Shown: one piece after another, positions 25,814 to 35,268 of the stretch
How the letters are laid out: every line of letters starts with the position of its first letter
Numbering within the stretch: position 1 is the stretch's first letter
Translations under genes and position numbers: made by a program
Notes under the pieces: generated by a model
What the model was told of the DNA's origin: nothing
The model's input: the letters and a program-made list of their open reading frames with translations, nothing else
Databases searched by the model: none
DNA from: Myxococcota bacterium
Lineage (GTDB): Bacteria; Myxococcota_A; UBA9160; UBA6930
Direction of reading: 5' to 3'
DNA length: 64,000 bases
NCBI GenBank assembly: GCA_965223415.1
Contig: OZ245002.1
Span: forward strand, 3,040,001-3,104,000

Positions 25814-27148
25814 TCAGCGCGGCGGGATGGTCCTCGTTCGGAAGCGAAAGCGCCGACCGTCCCTCTCGAGTGCGATCGTGACCACTTGTTCGTTCTGTGC
25901 GACGTCGATGAGGTGGCGCCAGGCGTCCATGGAATTGATCGATCGATCGCCGACGACGGTGAGTCGATCGCCTTGCTCGAGCCCGAGCTGGTGCCAGAAG
26001 CTCCCTCGGGCGACGCGCCGGACTCGAAGGCCCAGCATCTCCCCGCCCGCGCCCGCCGCTTTCGCGTAGTCCGGTGTCAGCGAGGCCTGCTGGAGGAGCA
26101 GAGGCCGATCCCGAAGACCGACATTGCGCCACTGGGCCATCCATCCCTCGCGACCCTCGCCCTGGGAGGCGACCTCCATCAGGGAGACGGCGTCAGAGGG
26201 AAGCTCGCGCCGGCCGAGCGCCGGCCCGGCCGCATCGAGCCGCAGCTCGATGTTGCCTTCGCTCGTGCTCAGGACGACGGCTTCGGCCGCGACGCGAGTC
26301 AGCCGCAGCGCTGGAGCGTCGGGGAGGACGTCCCCGAGCTCGAGGACGTAGCGCAGCGACTGCTCCCGGTCCTCCAGGGTGGCCGCCGGGGTGAGCGACG
26401 AGTCGAGCGAAAGCCGGGTGGAGACGACGCGCAGGCGCGATGCCCGATCGCTCGGGAGAGGCCTGGCCCCTTCGGGCGAGGTCGACCCGCGGGCGAGCGG
26501 CGGCACGAAGTCCGCCGGCGTGACCTTGCGCATGAGCCGCATCTCGAGGATGAAGAACGCGGCCTCCGACGCCGGGAGCCCCGAGCGCGCGACGAACGCG
26601 TCGAAGTCCGCCCGCGTGCGCTCCAGCTCTCCCCGCAGCTCGACGCGCCAATCTCCCGCTTCGCGAGTGAAGTACTGGAGCCCCCGGTCGGGCCGGTCCG
26701 CGCGGCCGAACTTGTAGAGGCGACCGCGTGCCTCGCTTCCGTCGACCACGATCTCTCTCAGGACGTCGCCCTCTCGGAGGTCCACTCCGATGAGCCCCTG
26801 GTCGAGCGCGAATCGGAGCAGCTCGGCCTCGTCCATCCTCTTCAGCGCCTTCGGCGGGACGAGGAGGCGCAGGAGCATGACCTGGATCTGGTCCGCCGGA
26901 TGGAGCGGGTCCAGCTCCCGCGCGTCCCCGCGCAAGGCCAGCTGCTGGAGGCCCGTGTAGTAGGCCCTGCCCGAGCCGTCGAGCAGATCGACGAAGGCCG
27001 GATCCCGCGCGGCGACGGCGGCGACCCAGCGCGCGGCCAGTCGCTCGACGGCCTCCGGGTCCGTGCCCGCGAAGACGGGCGCCCGAGTGGCGAGGAGCCC
27101 GCAAACGGCGAGTCCCATCGCGACGAGCGAGATCCATCGGGCCCTCAT
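25814..27148 (-). CDS. Exported protein with C-terminal GspC-like (HR + PDZ) region
   Basis: Signal peptide; AATLEDREQ...LELGDVLP...LTRVAAEAVVL (HR-like); GLRVRRVARGSFWHQLGLEQGDRLTVV...IALERDG (PDZ). Confidence 0.6.
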   Translation of the reverse strand: MRARWISLVAMGLAVCGLLATRAPVFAGTDPEAVERLAARWVAAVAARDPAFVDLLDGSGRAYYTGLQQLALRGDARELDPLHPADQIQVMLLRLLVPPKALKRMDEAELLRFALDQGLIGVDLREGDVLREIVVDGSEARGRLYKFGRADRPDRGLQYFTREAGDWRVELRGELERTRADFDAFVARSGLPASEAAFFILEMRLMRKVTPADFVPPLARGSTSPEGARPLPSDRASRLRVVSTRLSLDSSLTPAATLEDREQSLRYVLELGDVLPDAPALRLTRVAAEAVVLSTSEGNIELRLDAAGPALGRRELPSDAVSLMEVASQGEGREGWMAQWRNVGLRDRPLLLQQASLTPDYAKAAGAGGEMLGLRVRRVARGSFWHQLGLEQGDRLTVVGDRSINSMDAWRHLIDVAQNEQVVTIALERDGRRFRFRTRTIPPR

Positions 27149-29410
27149 CTACAACGCCTCGTCGAGGCGGTTCAGCGACTCGCGGCACGCCTCCCCGAGG
27201 TCGCGGGCTGCCCTCAAGGCAGACGCCCCGGGGAGCCGCGGCTGCTCGGCGAGAAGGCGCTCGCGCGCGCCGCGGCAGTGCTCGGCGGCGGCCCCCGCCT
27301 CGCCGGAGAGCCGGCGGAGCAGCTCGTCCCGGATCTCGCCCCGGCTCTCCGCCTCCGCGAGCTGTCGCGCGAAGGCCCTGTCCAGGTTCCAGGCCGCGTA
27401 GCCGAGGCGAGCCGCGGCCTCCTCCGGGTCGCAGCCGGCTGTCACACAGAGGTTGGCGAGGGCGAAGTCCACGAGCCCGAGGGCCATCTCCGCCTGGTTC
27501 CGGGCGGCCTCCGCGAAGGAAAGGGGCTCGTAGATGGCCAGACCCGCCATGGGCTGCGGCACCTTCCACGCTTCGGGGACCACGCCCTCCTCGTCGATCG
27601 GTCTGAACAAGCCCAGGAAGTTCAGCGACGCGCTCATCTCGCGCATCCGGGAGATCTCGTCCGCGCCGACGTCGTCGTACGTGGCATCGTTGCTGTTGAA
27701 GAGGTTGTAGTTGCCCTGGAGCAGGTAGTAGTAGAAGAGCGAGGAAAGCTCGGCCTTCTGCACGACATAGCGTCCGGTCGTCGTCACCATGGCATTGGCT
27801 TCGGAGGTTCCGGGACGCGCGAGCTCGGGGCCCAGGGTCTGGCCCGGCATCATCCGGCCCGTGGCCGCGTCGAAGGTCACCGGCACCATGGCGGTCGGCG
27901 TCAGGTTGCCCAGCTTGATGCGAAGGCCGAGCACCTTGCCGATCATGTAGGGGTACCCCACGGTCGCACTGAAGGTCCAGCGGGCCGGGTCGAGAATGGC
28001 CCCGCCGATCAGGTTCGCGTCCGGCGTGGTTCCCCAGAGGAAGGGGATGGAGTGCCGCTCCTTCTCGGGAAGGACCTGCGCTGCGATCTCCTCGGTGACG
28101 GAATGGTCCGCCCGGATCGTCTTCCCGTCGAACGGGGAGACACAGGTGACTGTCCACAGATCGCAGTAGAGACCGTCGAGAGTGACGCCGGGGGAGCCGA
28201 AGCTGTTGAAGTGCACGTCCGGGTTCCCGGTGGTCTCGCCGGTCTCGACGTCGATGAAGTTCACGTTGCCTTCCCCGTCGGAGGCGTTCACGATCCGGTA
28301 GTCGGGGCTCAGGCTCGGGGTGGCCGCCGTCTCGCCGTGGATGACGTTCTCCCACGCCTTGCGGAGGCCCCAGCCCTCCGCGTCGCTGTGGGTGAAGTCG
28401 TAGGCGATCAGGCGCGCGTGGTCCGGCTTCCCCACCGGGCCGGGGTAGGTGAACATGTACCGGGCACGGTTCGAGACGCCCGGGATGGCCGGGCGGACCG
28501 CCAGGTTGTTCGGCTGCGGCGTCGTGTTGTTGGCGTCGTAGGCCAGGCAGGTGAGCTCGTCGAGCTCGCCGGATTTGTCCATCTCTCCGCCGCTGATGGC
28601 GAGGTACATCGTGGCGAGGTTCGGGCAATCGTGGGCCGAGAAGGGGTCCGGCTCCTTCACGACGACCGGCGAGCCGTCGCGGCGATCGAGCCAGATATGC
28701 CAGCCCGAGGCGAAGACGTTGCCGACGAGGCCGGCCTCGCCTTCGTTCAGCAGACGGAGATCGTTCGACGCGAGCGTGTTGCCGCTGTAGTCGGAGAAGC
28801 GGGAGAACCAGATCCGTGCACCCGTGTCCTGGTCGAGCTTCCACACGCCGTAGTTGTCGGCGACGTAGAGTGCGCCCTCCTCGTCGACCATCGGCGCCTG
28901 GATCCCGGCGCTCGACGCCACGGCGTTGCCCTGGCCGGCCAGGTCGGGAACGCCGTCGCCGTCCGCGTCGTCGCTCGTCCACTCCCGGGTGCGCCAGACG
29001 ACCTTGCCGGTGAGATCCAGCGCCACGACCGTCGAGGTGCCGCCACCGCGGGGAGAGACGGCGACGATCAGGCCGTTCGCCGCCTCGGTGCTCCCGTTCG
29101 AGAGAAGCGCCGAGACCGGCGGCGAATCCGGCTCGGTCCAGCTCAGGTACTCGCTCTGTCCCGCGAGCCGGCGCCGCTCGAAGCTGGTGACGAGGGTGGA
29201 GCCCGAGTTCCGGTTGTCGCCCCAGGTGCCCATGTAGGCGGAGTCGAGGCTCCGCGGCCACACCTTGCCGTGCTCCTGGACGCCGCGATCGGAGATCCGC
29301 GTCGGCGCCGGGCCGAGCTCCGGGCCACCCGGTGCCTGCTTCGAGCAGCCGTGGAGGAAGATGGCGACGAGCGCAAGCGCGGCGAGAATCCCTGCGAGGG
29401 TGCGGATCAT
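27149..29410 (-). CDS. Large lipoprotein with beta-propeller-like repeats
   Basis: Lipobox-like FLHGC; VVALDLTGKVVW, VWKLDQDTGARIW, NFIDVETGE repeats; DADGDG loop; helical C-terminus. Confidence 0.7.
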   Translation of the reverse strand: MIRTLAGILAALALVAIFLHGCSKQAPGGPELGPAPTRISDRGVQEHGKVWPRSLDSAYMGTWGDNRNSGSTLVTSFERRRLAGQSEYLSWTEPDSPPVSALLSNGSTEAANGLIVAVSPRGGGTSTVVALDLTGKVVWRTREWTSDDADGDGVPDLAGQGNAVASSAGIQAPMVDEEGALYVADNYGVWKLDQDTGARIWFSRFSDYSGNTLASNDLRLLNEGEAGLVGNVFASGWHIWLDRRDGSPVVVKEPDPFSAHDCPNLATMYLAISGGEMDKSGELDELTCLAYDANNTTPQPNNLAVRPAIPGVSNRARYMFTYPGPVGKPDHARLIAYDFTHSDAEGWGLRKAWENVIHGETAATPSLSPDYRIVNASDGEGNVNFIDVETGETTGNPDVHFNSFGSPGVTLDGLYCDLWTVTCVSPFDGKTIRADHSVTEEIAAQVLPEKERHSIPFLWGTTPDANLIGGAILDPARWTFSATVGYPYMIGKVLGLRIKLGNLTPTAMVPVTFDAATGRMMPGQTLGPELARPGTSEANAMVTTTGRYVVQKAELSSLFYYYLLQGNYNLFNSNDATYDDVGADEISRMREMSASLNFLGLFRPIDEEGVVPEAWKVPQPMAGLAIYEPLSFAEAARNQAEMALGLVDFALANLCVTAGCDPEEAAARLGYAAWNLDRAFARQLAEAESRGEIRDELLRRLSGEAGAAAEHCRGARERLLAEQPRLPGASALRAARDLGEACRESLNRLDEAL

Positions 29411-29478
29411 GCGGTGCCTCCTGCGGGCTTCGTGAGCCGTGAGACTGCGGCATCCGCCCGGCCCCGGCCTGGGCCATC

Positions 29479-30165
29479 ATGGCCCAGATGGCCACCCACG
29501 ACGTCCTCACGAAGCGGGAGAAGGAGGTCGTCCTCGAGCTCCTGGACGGCGGCCGCGTGGCCACCATCGCCGCGCTCTTCGGCGTCAGCCATCGCACCGT
29601 GGGGAACCACCTGAAGGCGGCTTTCGCCAAGCTCGGCGTCCATTCGCAGCCGGAGCTGATCTCGCTCGCGCGCGCGGACCCGGGTCGGCTCGGCCTCGAA
29701 GAGGCCCTGAGCGCCCGCTCCCAGATCGCCCAGGCGGAGCTGGAGCGGCGCTGCGAGCGAGCCATCGAGCGACTGATGGCCCGGGTCGAGGAGGCCCACT
29801 GCGGGCCCGCCGGGCTGGGCCAGCTCCGTGCCGCGGTTCGCGCGGCCCTGCCTCTCGACCCGGAGACCCGCCGCGAATGGCGGGACTGGCTCGAGCTGAA
29901 GGCGCGCATGGACGCACGGGGCGATCCGGGCGCGGGGGGGCAGCGCATGGTCGACGAGTGGCGCGACTCGACCGCCACGACGGTGGCGCGGCTGCAGGAT
30001 GCCGGGCTCCTGAGAACGGACCTCGAGCCCGGCGACGTCCTCCGCTCCCTCGGCGCGCTCGCCCTCGGCGCAGGGACACGACTGCTCGGGAACGCCAGTC
30101 CGAACGCCGTGAAGCAGGAGCTGCGGATGCTCGACGGCTTCGTCGATGCGCTTCGGGCCGACTAA
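29479..30165 (+). CDS. Hybrid regulator: LuxR HTH + TetR (BetI-type) C-terminal domain
   Basis: LTKREKEVV...IAALFGVSHRTVGNHLKAAFAKLGVHSQ followed by ALPLDPETRREWRDW...LQDAGLLRTDLEP. Confidence 0.75.
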   Translation: MAQMATHDVLTKREKEVVLELLDGGRVATIAALFGVSHRTVGNHLKAAFAKLGVHSQPELISLARADPGRLGLEEALSARSQIAQAELERRCERAIERLMARVEEAHCGPAGLGQLRAAVRAALPLDPETRREWRDWLELKARMDARGDPGAGGQRMVDEWRDSTATTVARLQDAGLLRTDLEPGDVLRSLGALALGAGTRLLGNASPNAVKQELRMLDGFVDALRAD

Positions 30166-30168
30166 CTA

Positions 30169-31827
30169 CTTCCCGTCCGAGAAGAGCCGTTCGTCGGCCT
30201 CTTAGTGGATCGTTGGCGGTCTTCGCGGGCGTTGAGAGTAGCGATGTCACAGCAGTCCCGGAGCCGTCGGGGTGAGTGAGCGACCGTGTTCCGATGCGCG
30301 GGCGCACGTGTCCACCGACCGAACCACTCTCAGGGGTTCAGGCGAACTCGCGAGTCAGCAGGTGGCGGGCCAAGGCGACGAGGTTGAAGCTCGTCACACT
30401 GGCCCAGACATAGGCCTTGAAGGACGCCAGGCCCCGCCAGGTGCATCGGTCCATCTGGAACGCTCGCTTGAGCGTCGAGATCACGCCCTCGATCCCCGAG
30501 CGGAAGTCACGAAGGCGCCGGAAGACCCAGGCGCTGCGCACCATCTCGTGGACCTCGAGTCCGCTCTTCTTGTTGAAGGCCATGTCTTCCACGCCGAGCG
30601 CCTTGGCCTTGGCAACGTTGTCCATGGACGCGAAGCCTCCGTCCATCGCCACTTGGCGGGGTGCCTTGCCGAAGAGATCTGCATGGCGCTCGAGCGTACG
30701 TTCGACCAGCGTCGAGTCCGTAGGGTTTCCTTCCTCGATGACACAGTCGAGGACGAGTGACGACCTGCCGCCAGTCAGACAGACCTTGTGACCGTAGTAG
30801 GTGCCTCGATTGTCCTTCACGAGGATGTCCGAGTGCGGCTCGAAGATCGACACGATCTTCTCGGCTGCAGGGACGCGCTCGCCTTCGAGGACACGGCGAC
30901 GGCTCTGATCGATGACGCGCTCGACGAGGGGAAGCACCGCGAGGAGCTCTTCGCGAAGCGGCGTCGTGTCTTCGACTCGGGCGACCCTCTCCGCGACGCT
31001 ACGGGCCGCTTGGCAGACCTCTTCCGTGGCCCGGATCATGCACCGATAGCTCGCGACCAGGTTGATCGACCGCCGGTGGAACTTGATCGCGTAGGCGCGT
31101 CGCTTCACGCAACGACGACGATCCGGGAACATCTTGCGCAGCGAAGGGCGTTGCTTCGCCATCCTTCGCAAAATCCGCGTCATCACCCGAACGCTGTCCC
31201 AGAGCAGGGCCGAGTCGGCGGGCTCGTGGATGTTCGCCTCGACGACCGTCGTATCCGCCCGAATCGTCTCGCCTCGTTCGATTCCTTCCCGGCGAGCCAG
31301 GCCGATCAACGCACGGTGGATGGCTTCCCACGTCTCGGGCCGGATCCGTTTGACGTTGTCCTGAAGGGTCTGGAAGCGGGGCCAGTCACCGAGCCCGAGT
31401 CCTACGAAGCTGCGGAAGGCGGCCGAGTCCTGGAGGTGAAACTCCAACTCCCGGTAGCTCAGCCCGTGGATCTGCTTGAGTAGGGCGATTCGAAGGACCT
31501 GATCGCCGCTGAGGCCCCGACGGCCGGTATCGGCGCGACGTTCCCCGATCAGATCTCCGTGCACAACAGCACCCAAGCGCGGATCCGCCCCGAGGATCCT
31601 GGCGATCATCTGCAGCTCTCGGGTATGTTGATGCGGACCCCATGTGGGCGTGAGTGAGAGCTGAGTTTCTCGGAATCGGCGCATCGCTTCACCCCCCGGT
31701 TGGCGAATTGCTGTGTATGTTCGGTAGGTTGGCACCACCTAACATACACCAATCGAAACTCGATCGGGAGGCGCGTTTGCGCCAATTCCTTTTCTTCTCA
31801 GTGACTTACGAGTTCTTGGACGGGAAG
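30169..31827 (-). mobile_element. Complete insertion sequence (ISNCY/IS5-like DDE), 1659 bp
   Basis: TIRs CTTCCCGTCCGAGAA / CTTCCCGTCCAAGAA (14/15); 6-bp direct repeat TAACTA at 30163-30168 and 31828-31833; single transposase. Confidence 0.88.
30338..31684 (-). CDS. DDE transposase
   Basis: RADTTVVEANIHEP (D), VAMDGGFAS (D), FRSGIEGVISTLKR (E); LSYRELEFHL N-terminal region. Confidence 0.92.
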   Translation of the reverse strand: MRRFRETQLSLTPTWGPHQHTRELQMIARILGADPRLGAVVHGDLIGERRADTGRRGLSGDQVLRIALLKQIHGLSYRELEFHLQDSAAFRSFVGLGLGDWPRFQTLQDNVKRIRPETWEAIHRALIGLARREGIERGETIRADTTVVEANIHEPADSALLWDSVRVMTRILRRMAKQRPSLRKMFPDRRRCVKRRAYAIKFHRRSINLVASYRCMIRATEEVCQAARSVAERVARVEDTTPLREELLAVLPLVERVIDQSRRRVLEGERVPAAEKIVSIFEPHSDILVKDNRGTYYGHKVCLTGGRSSLVLDCVIEEGNPTDSTLVERTLERHADLFGKAPRQVAMDGGFASMDNVAKAKALGVEDMAFNKKSGLEVHEMVRSAWVFRRLRDFRSGIEGVISTLKRAFQMDRCTWRGLASFKAYVWASVTSFNLVALARHLLTREFA

Positions 31828-31830
31828 TAA

Positions 31831-32436
31831 CTAGCTGAACCGGCGACGGCACCAGCCCACGAGGCTGCCGAAGATCGGCACCATCAACACCCAGGGGAGC
31901 TGGGTCTGGAACGTGATCTCGCGGCCGGCGATCTCGAACAGGACGAAGTTCAGCCACGGGCCGGTGGGGATGAGGGGCGCCCAGGAGAGCTGCCACTCCG
32001 GGTTCACCTGGGCGTGGATCGCGTACTCGACGTAGACGTTCTGGCCCACGAACCAGACCAGGACGGCGAGAGCGGCCGGCCAGGTGAAGCGACGGAACGC
32101 CGTGTCCCGGAAGCCGTGGACCGCCCAGACGAGAGGCAGCGCGATCAGGCAGACCGCCGCGTCGAAGAGCGAGGTGAGCACCCAGTTCAGGTGGATGGGG
32201 ATGGCCTCGTTCATGGCCGGCGCACGGCGAACGTCGACCGGCAGGCCGTCCACCAGGCCGTAGGTGTACCAGACCTCCCAGCCCGCGGCGCACACGGCGA
32301 ACGAGAGCCCGTAGACCGCCACGGCCCAGCGCGGGATGCGGCCCAGCAAGAACAGGATGGCCACCGCGACGAGGGGGACGAAGGCGGTCAAGTAGAGGCC
32401 GCCTACGACGGCGGCCTCGGCTTCGGTCATCGGCAC
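31831..32436 (-). CDS. Hypothetical membrane protein
   Basis: Several TM helices, WEVWYTYGLVDG motif; coding-like composition. Confidence 0.75.
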   Translation of the reverse strand: MPMTEAEAAVVGGLYLTAFVPLVAVAILFLLGRIPRWAVAVYGLSFAVCAAGWEVWYTYGLVDGLPVDVRRAPAMNEAIPIHLNWVLTSLFDAAVCLIALPLVWAVHGFRDTAFRRFTWPAALAVLVWFVGQNVYVEYAIHAQVNPEWQLSWAPLIPTGPWLNFVLFEIAGREITFQTQLPWVLMVPIFGSLVGWCRRRFS

Positions 32437-32458
32437 GGGCGGACGGTACCGCTCCGCG

Positions 32459-33124
32459 CTAACTCGCGAAGGCCGCCTTGCCGCTCATGGCCTCGCGGTC
32501 GCGCGCCCAGGTGACGACCCCGTCCTCCTTCGGGTCCACGAGGGCGAGCACCGTCCACAGCTGCGGGTGGTCGTGGAGGCGGATGCCGCCGAGAGTGAGC
32601 AGCAGGTCGCCCGCCTGCAGCCCCGCCTTCTCGGCGAAGCCGCCCGGCTGGATCGAGCCGATCTCGAGGCCGACCCCGGTCTGCCGCGTCATGGCGCCGA
32701 GGAAGGCCCCCCACGCGGTGCCGGGCACGGTGATCCCCCGCTCGATGTAGAGGCGGAGGTCGTTCACGATTTGCTCGCCGTGGCCGAAGACCGTGTCGCG
32801 ACCCACGATGTCGAGGAACGCGCCGAAGCCCGATTGCACGACGGTGATGCGCGTGCCCGTCTCCTCCTGCTCGAGCCGGACGGCGATCTCGGTGCCGGCA
32901 CAAGGCTCGTGATCCTTGCGGACGCGGAGCAGCCGCTCCGCCTCGACCTCGAGCGGCGTGCAGCTCGCGCCGGGCACGTCCAGCGGAACCAGCGACGGGA
33001 AGCCCGCGAGCACGTAGCGCACGTCGGCGCCGCCCTCTCCGGGGAGCGTGCGTTCGGTCAGCGCCTTCCAGACGGCGCCGGGGGCCATCTCCACGACGAA
33101 CGTCGCTTCGAACTCGTCCTTCAT
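32459..33124 (-). CDS. SRPBCC/START-like + PDZ domain protein
   Basis: VWKALTE...EVEAERLLRV...GTRITVVQSGF (SRPBCC) then GLEIGSIQPGGFAEKAGLQAGDLLLTLGG (PDZ). Confidence 0.7.
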   Translation of the reverse strand: MKDEFEATFVVEMAPGAVWKALTERTLPGEGGADVRYVLAGFPSLVPLDVPGASCTPLEVEAERLLRVRKDHEPCAGTEIAVRLEQEETGTRITVVQSGFGAFLDIVGRDTVFGHGEQIVNDLRLYIERGITVPGTAWGAFLGAMTRQTGVGLEIGSIQPGGFAEKAGLQAGDLLLTLGGIRLHDHPQLWTVLALVDPKEDGVVTWARDREAMSGKAAFAS

Positions 33125-33702
33125 GCTGGGTCCTCCAATTCCGGGTAGACCGCGAAGGCGATGCGAAAGCGCTCGCCTTCGGACTCTCCGTGCTTGGCGA
33201 GCAGGGCCCTCAAGGTGTCGACGTACTCGGACAGGAACGCCGCGCGCGCCGCCTCGTCGGCGAAGCGCACCTCGGCCAGGGCCGTGGCGCTCGGGATCGT
33301 CTCGCCCTCGGACGCGGCCCGGTCGAGGAGCCCCGCGGCGTCCTGCTGCAGGCGCTCACCGAGCTCGCAGAGCTGGGCGAGGGACACCTGATCGCGGAGC
33401 AGGGAGGCCAGGCGCTCCGGATCCGTGGCGAAGCGCGACGACACGACGAAGCGCCGCGCCACGGCCTGGTAGAGCTGCTCCACGAAGTTGCCCTTCCGCC
33501 GCTCGCCGGCGTGGCGCACCAGTCCCACCCGGGCCAGCTCCTTCAGGTGGTAGCTGACCGATTGGCGCGAGCGGCCGAAGGCCCGGGCGACCCCGGCGGC
33601 GGTGTCCGGCGTGCGGAGGGCCTCCAGGATCCTCGCCCGGAGCGGATGGGCGAGGGCGCCGATCTGTTGGGGATTCTCGAGGAGGGCGACGGGGGGCTGC
33701 AT
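33121..33702 (-). CDS. ArsR-like winged-helix regulator with extended C-terminus
   Basis: ALAHPLRARILEAL...SRQSVSYHLKELARVGLV; ATGA-coupled to the downstream gene. Confidence 0.85.
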   Translation of the reverse strand: MQPPVALLENPQQIGALAHPLRARILEALRTPDTAAGVARAFGRSRQSVSYHLKELARVGLVRHAGERRKGNFVEQLYQAVARRFVVSSRFATDPERLASLLRDQVSLAQLCELGERLQQDAAGLLDRAASEGETIPSATALAEVRFADEAARAAFLSEYVDTLRALLAKHGESEGERFRIAFAVYPELEDPA

Positions 33703-33709
33703 CGGCCCG

Positions 33710-33739
33710 ACTGTAGGACGGTTTCTTCTGTCTAGTCAA
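33710..33739 (-). promoter_or_regulatory. Sigma70 promoter, probably leaderless
   Basis: TTGACT-N18-TACAGT on the minus strand, 7 nt before the ATG at 33702. Confidence 0.65.
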
Positions 33740-33775
33740 GAATCTTTTTCTACAAATGGAAGCTACCCTGGGGCC

Positions 33776-35194
33776 GTGAGTCCCACCCGCCGCCAGCTCC
33801 TGAAGTGGGGAGTCGGGGCCGGGGCCCTGGCTGGAGCCGGGGTCGTCGGCGCCCGGGCCGTGCTGCTCCCCCCGGCGCCGAGCCGGGAGCCGGGCCACGT
33901 GGGCGACCTCGCGGTGCGGTTCGTCGAAGCCCTCGATTCCGAGGAGCGGGCCGACGCGCTCGTCGACTACGAGCACCCTATGCGCCAGTACCACAACCGG
34001 GGCGTCGATACGGGCGGCGCCTGGGTGATCGGCCTCGGCCGGGAGGCCCGAGGGATCCTGGTCGACCTGGTCCACGCCGGGCTCTCGGAGCGCGGGCGCG
34101 CGCGGATCCCGAACCAGTTCTTCCTGAGCTGGCCCGGCGTCCACGCGACCCGGGTCGTCGTCTGCGGCGACCCGCGCACGCCGCCGTACCAGATCCTGGT
34201 GACCGGGCCGCACCTGAACCTCCGTCTCGGCGGACGCAGCCGCGAGGGCGTGGCCTTCGGCGGGCCGCAGGTCTACGGCGATCAGCGGGGCAACGGTGAG
34301 GTCGGCCTTCCCGGCAACGTCTACCGGTATCAGCTCGAGGCCGGGCAGCGCCTCGTCGCCAGCTTGACGCAGGGGGAGCGCCGTACGGTCCGCCGGCCGA
34401 AGGCGCCGCCGCAGACGGCGATCGAGGTGCAGGGGAGGGCGGGGCGATTCGACGGGCTCGCCGTCGCGGATCTCGCGGTGGAGAGCCGCCGGCTCGCGCG
34501 CGCGCTCGTCGGCGGGATCCTCGAGAGCTACGCAGAGGAAGACGCCGCCTACGCCTGGGAGTGCATCGAGCACAACGGCGGCGTCGACGCCCTGCACCTC
34601 GCCGACTACGACGTCGATCACCAGGGCGGGCGCCGGGCCGGCGAGGGACCGTCCCAGATCATCCGCCTGGAGGGGCCGGCGGCGGTCTTCCACTACCGGG
34701 GCGAGCCTCACCTCCACGCCTTCCTGAACGTGGCGATGGACGGGGAGCGCCCGCTGAGCGTGGGCGAGGTGGTCGCCCACAACCCCGAGCCCCTGGGCCC
34801 GGAGGGCGTGAAGGCGCTCTTCGAGGAGGTGATGCTCGCCTCGTCGGACGCGGACCTCGCCTACTATCCCCTCGAGTCGGTTGCCGGCCGTCTGCGCGCC
34901 GGTGAGATCCGGACGGGCGACCTGTACAACCTCGAGAGCTGGCGGGAGCAGGTGGTCGTCGTGTCGGTGAAGGGCGCCGATCTCGCGGAGCCCCAGCTCG
35001 AAGCGCTCCGCCGGCGCGGAGACGCCGTTCGTTCCGGCAGCACCTATCGCATCGCCACCTTCGGCTACGCCGCCGAGCACCTGGCGGACGAGGCGCTGGG
35101 CGACGTCGGGTCGGAGGAGGAGACGGGGTCGATGCTCCGCGAGCTGGCGATCGTCCACCTGGCCGACCACGGGTTTCCTTCCGTCGGGGGCTAG
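33776..35194 (+). CDS. Tat-exported DUF3500-like protein with a C-terminal 5'-nucleotidase-C-like domain
   Basis: TRRQLLK twin-arginine signal; GPHLNLR, FGGPQVYG, IRLEGP...GEPHLHAF; tail ADLAYY...GEIRTGDLY...YRIATFGY. Confidence 0.65.
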   Translation: MSPTRRQLLKWGVGAGALAGAGVVGARAVLLPPAPSREPGHVGDLAVRFVEALDSEERADALVDYEHPMRQYHNRGVDTGGAWVIGLGREARGILVDLVHAGLSERGRARIPNQFFLSWPGVHATRVVVCGDPRTPPYQILVTGPHLNLRLGGRSREGVAFGGPQVYGDQRGNGEVGLPGNVYRYQLEAGQRLVASLTQGERRTVRRPKAPPQTAIEVQGRAGRFDGLAVADLAVESRRLARALVGGILESYAEEDAAYAWECIEHNGGVDALHLADYDVDHQGGRRAGEGPSQIIRLEGPAAVFHYRGEPHLHAFLNVAMDGERPLSVGEVVAHNPEPLGPEGVKALFEEVMLASSDADLAYYPLESVAGRLRAGEIRTGDLYNLESWREQVVVVSVKGADLAEPQLEALRRRGDAVRSGSTYRIATFGYAAEHLADEALGDVGSEEETGSMLRELAIVHLADHGFPSVGG

Positions 35195-35268
35195 CCCGCG
35201 CGCCCGAGAGATGCGCTCCCCCCTTTGCGCCGAGGGTCGCGGTATCCTCGTCCGCTGGAGGGAATCCC

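Noticed and set aside
24815..29614. 1599-aa + strand ORF (similar cases: 19721-23140 +, 26193-29978 -, 45418-49236 -, 58980-62405 +)
   Set aside because: Shadow or alternate-frame ORFs over motif-bearing genes; Arg/Pro/Gly-rich or antisense-type composition expected in high-GC DNA
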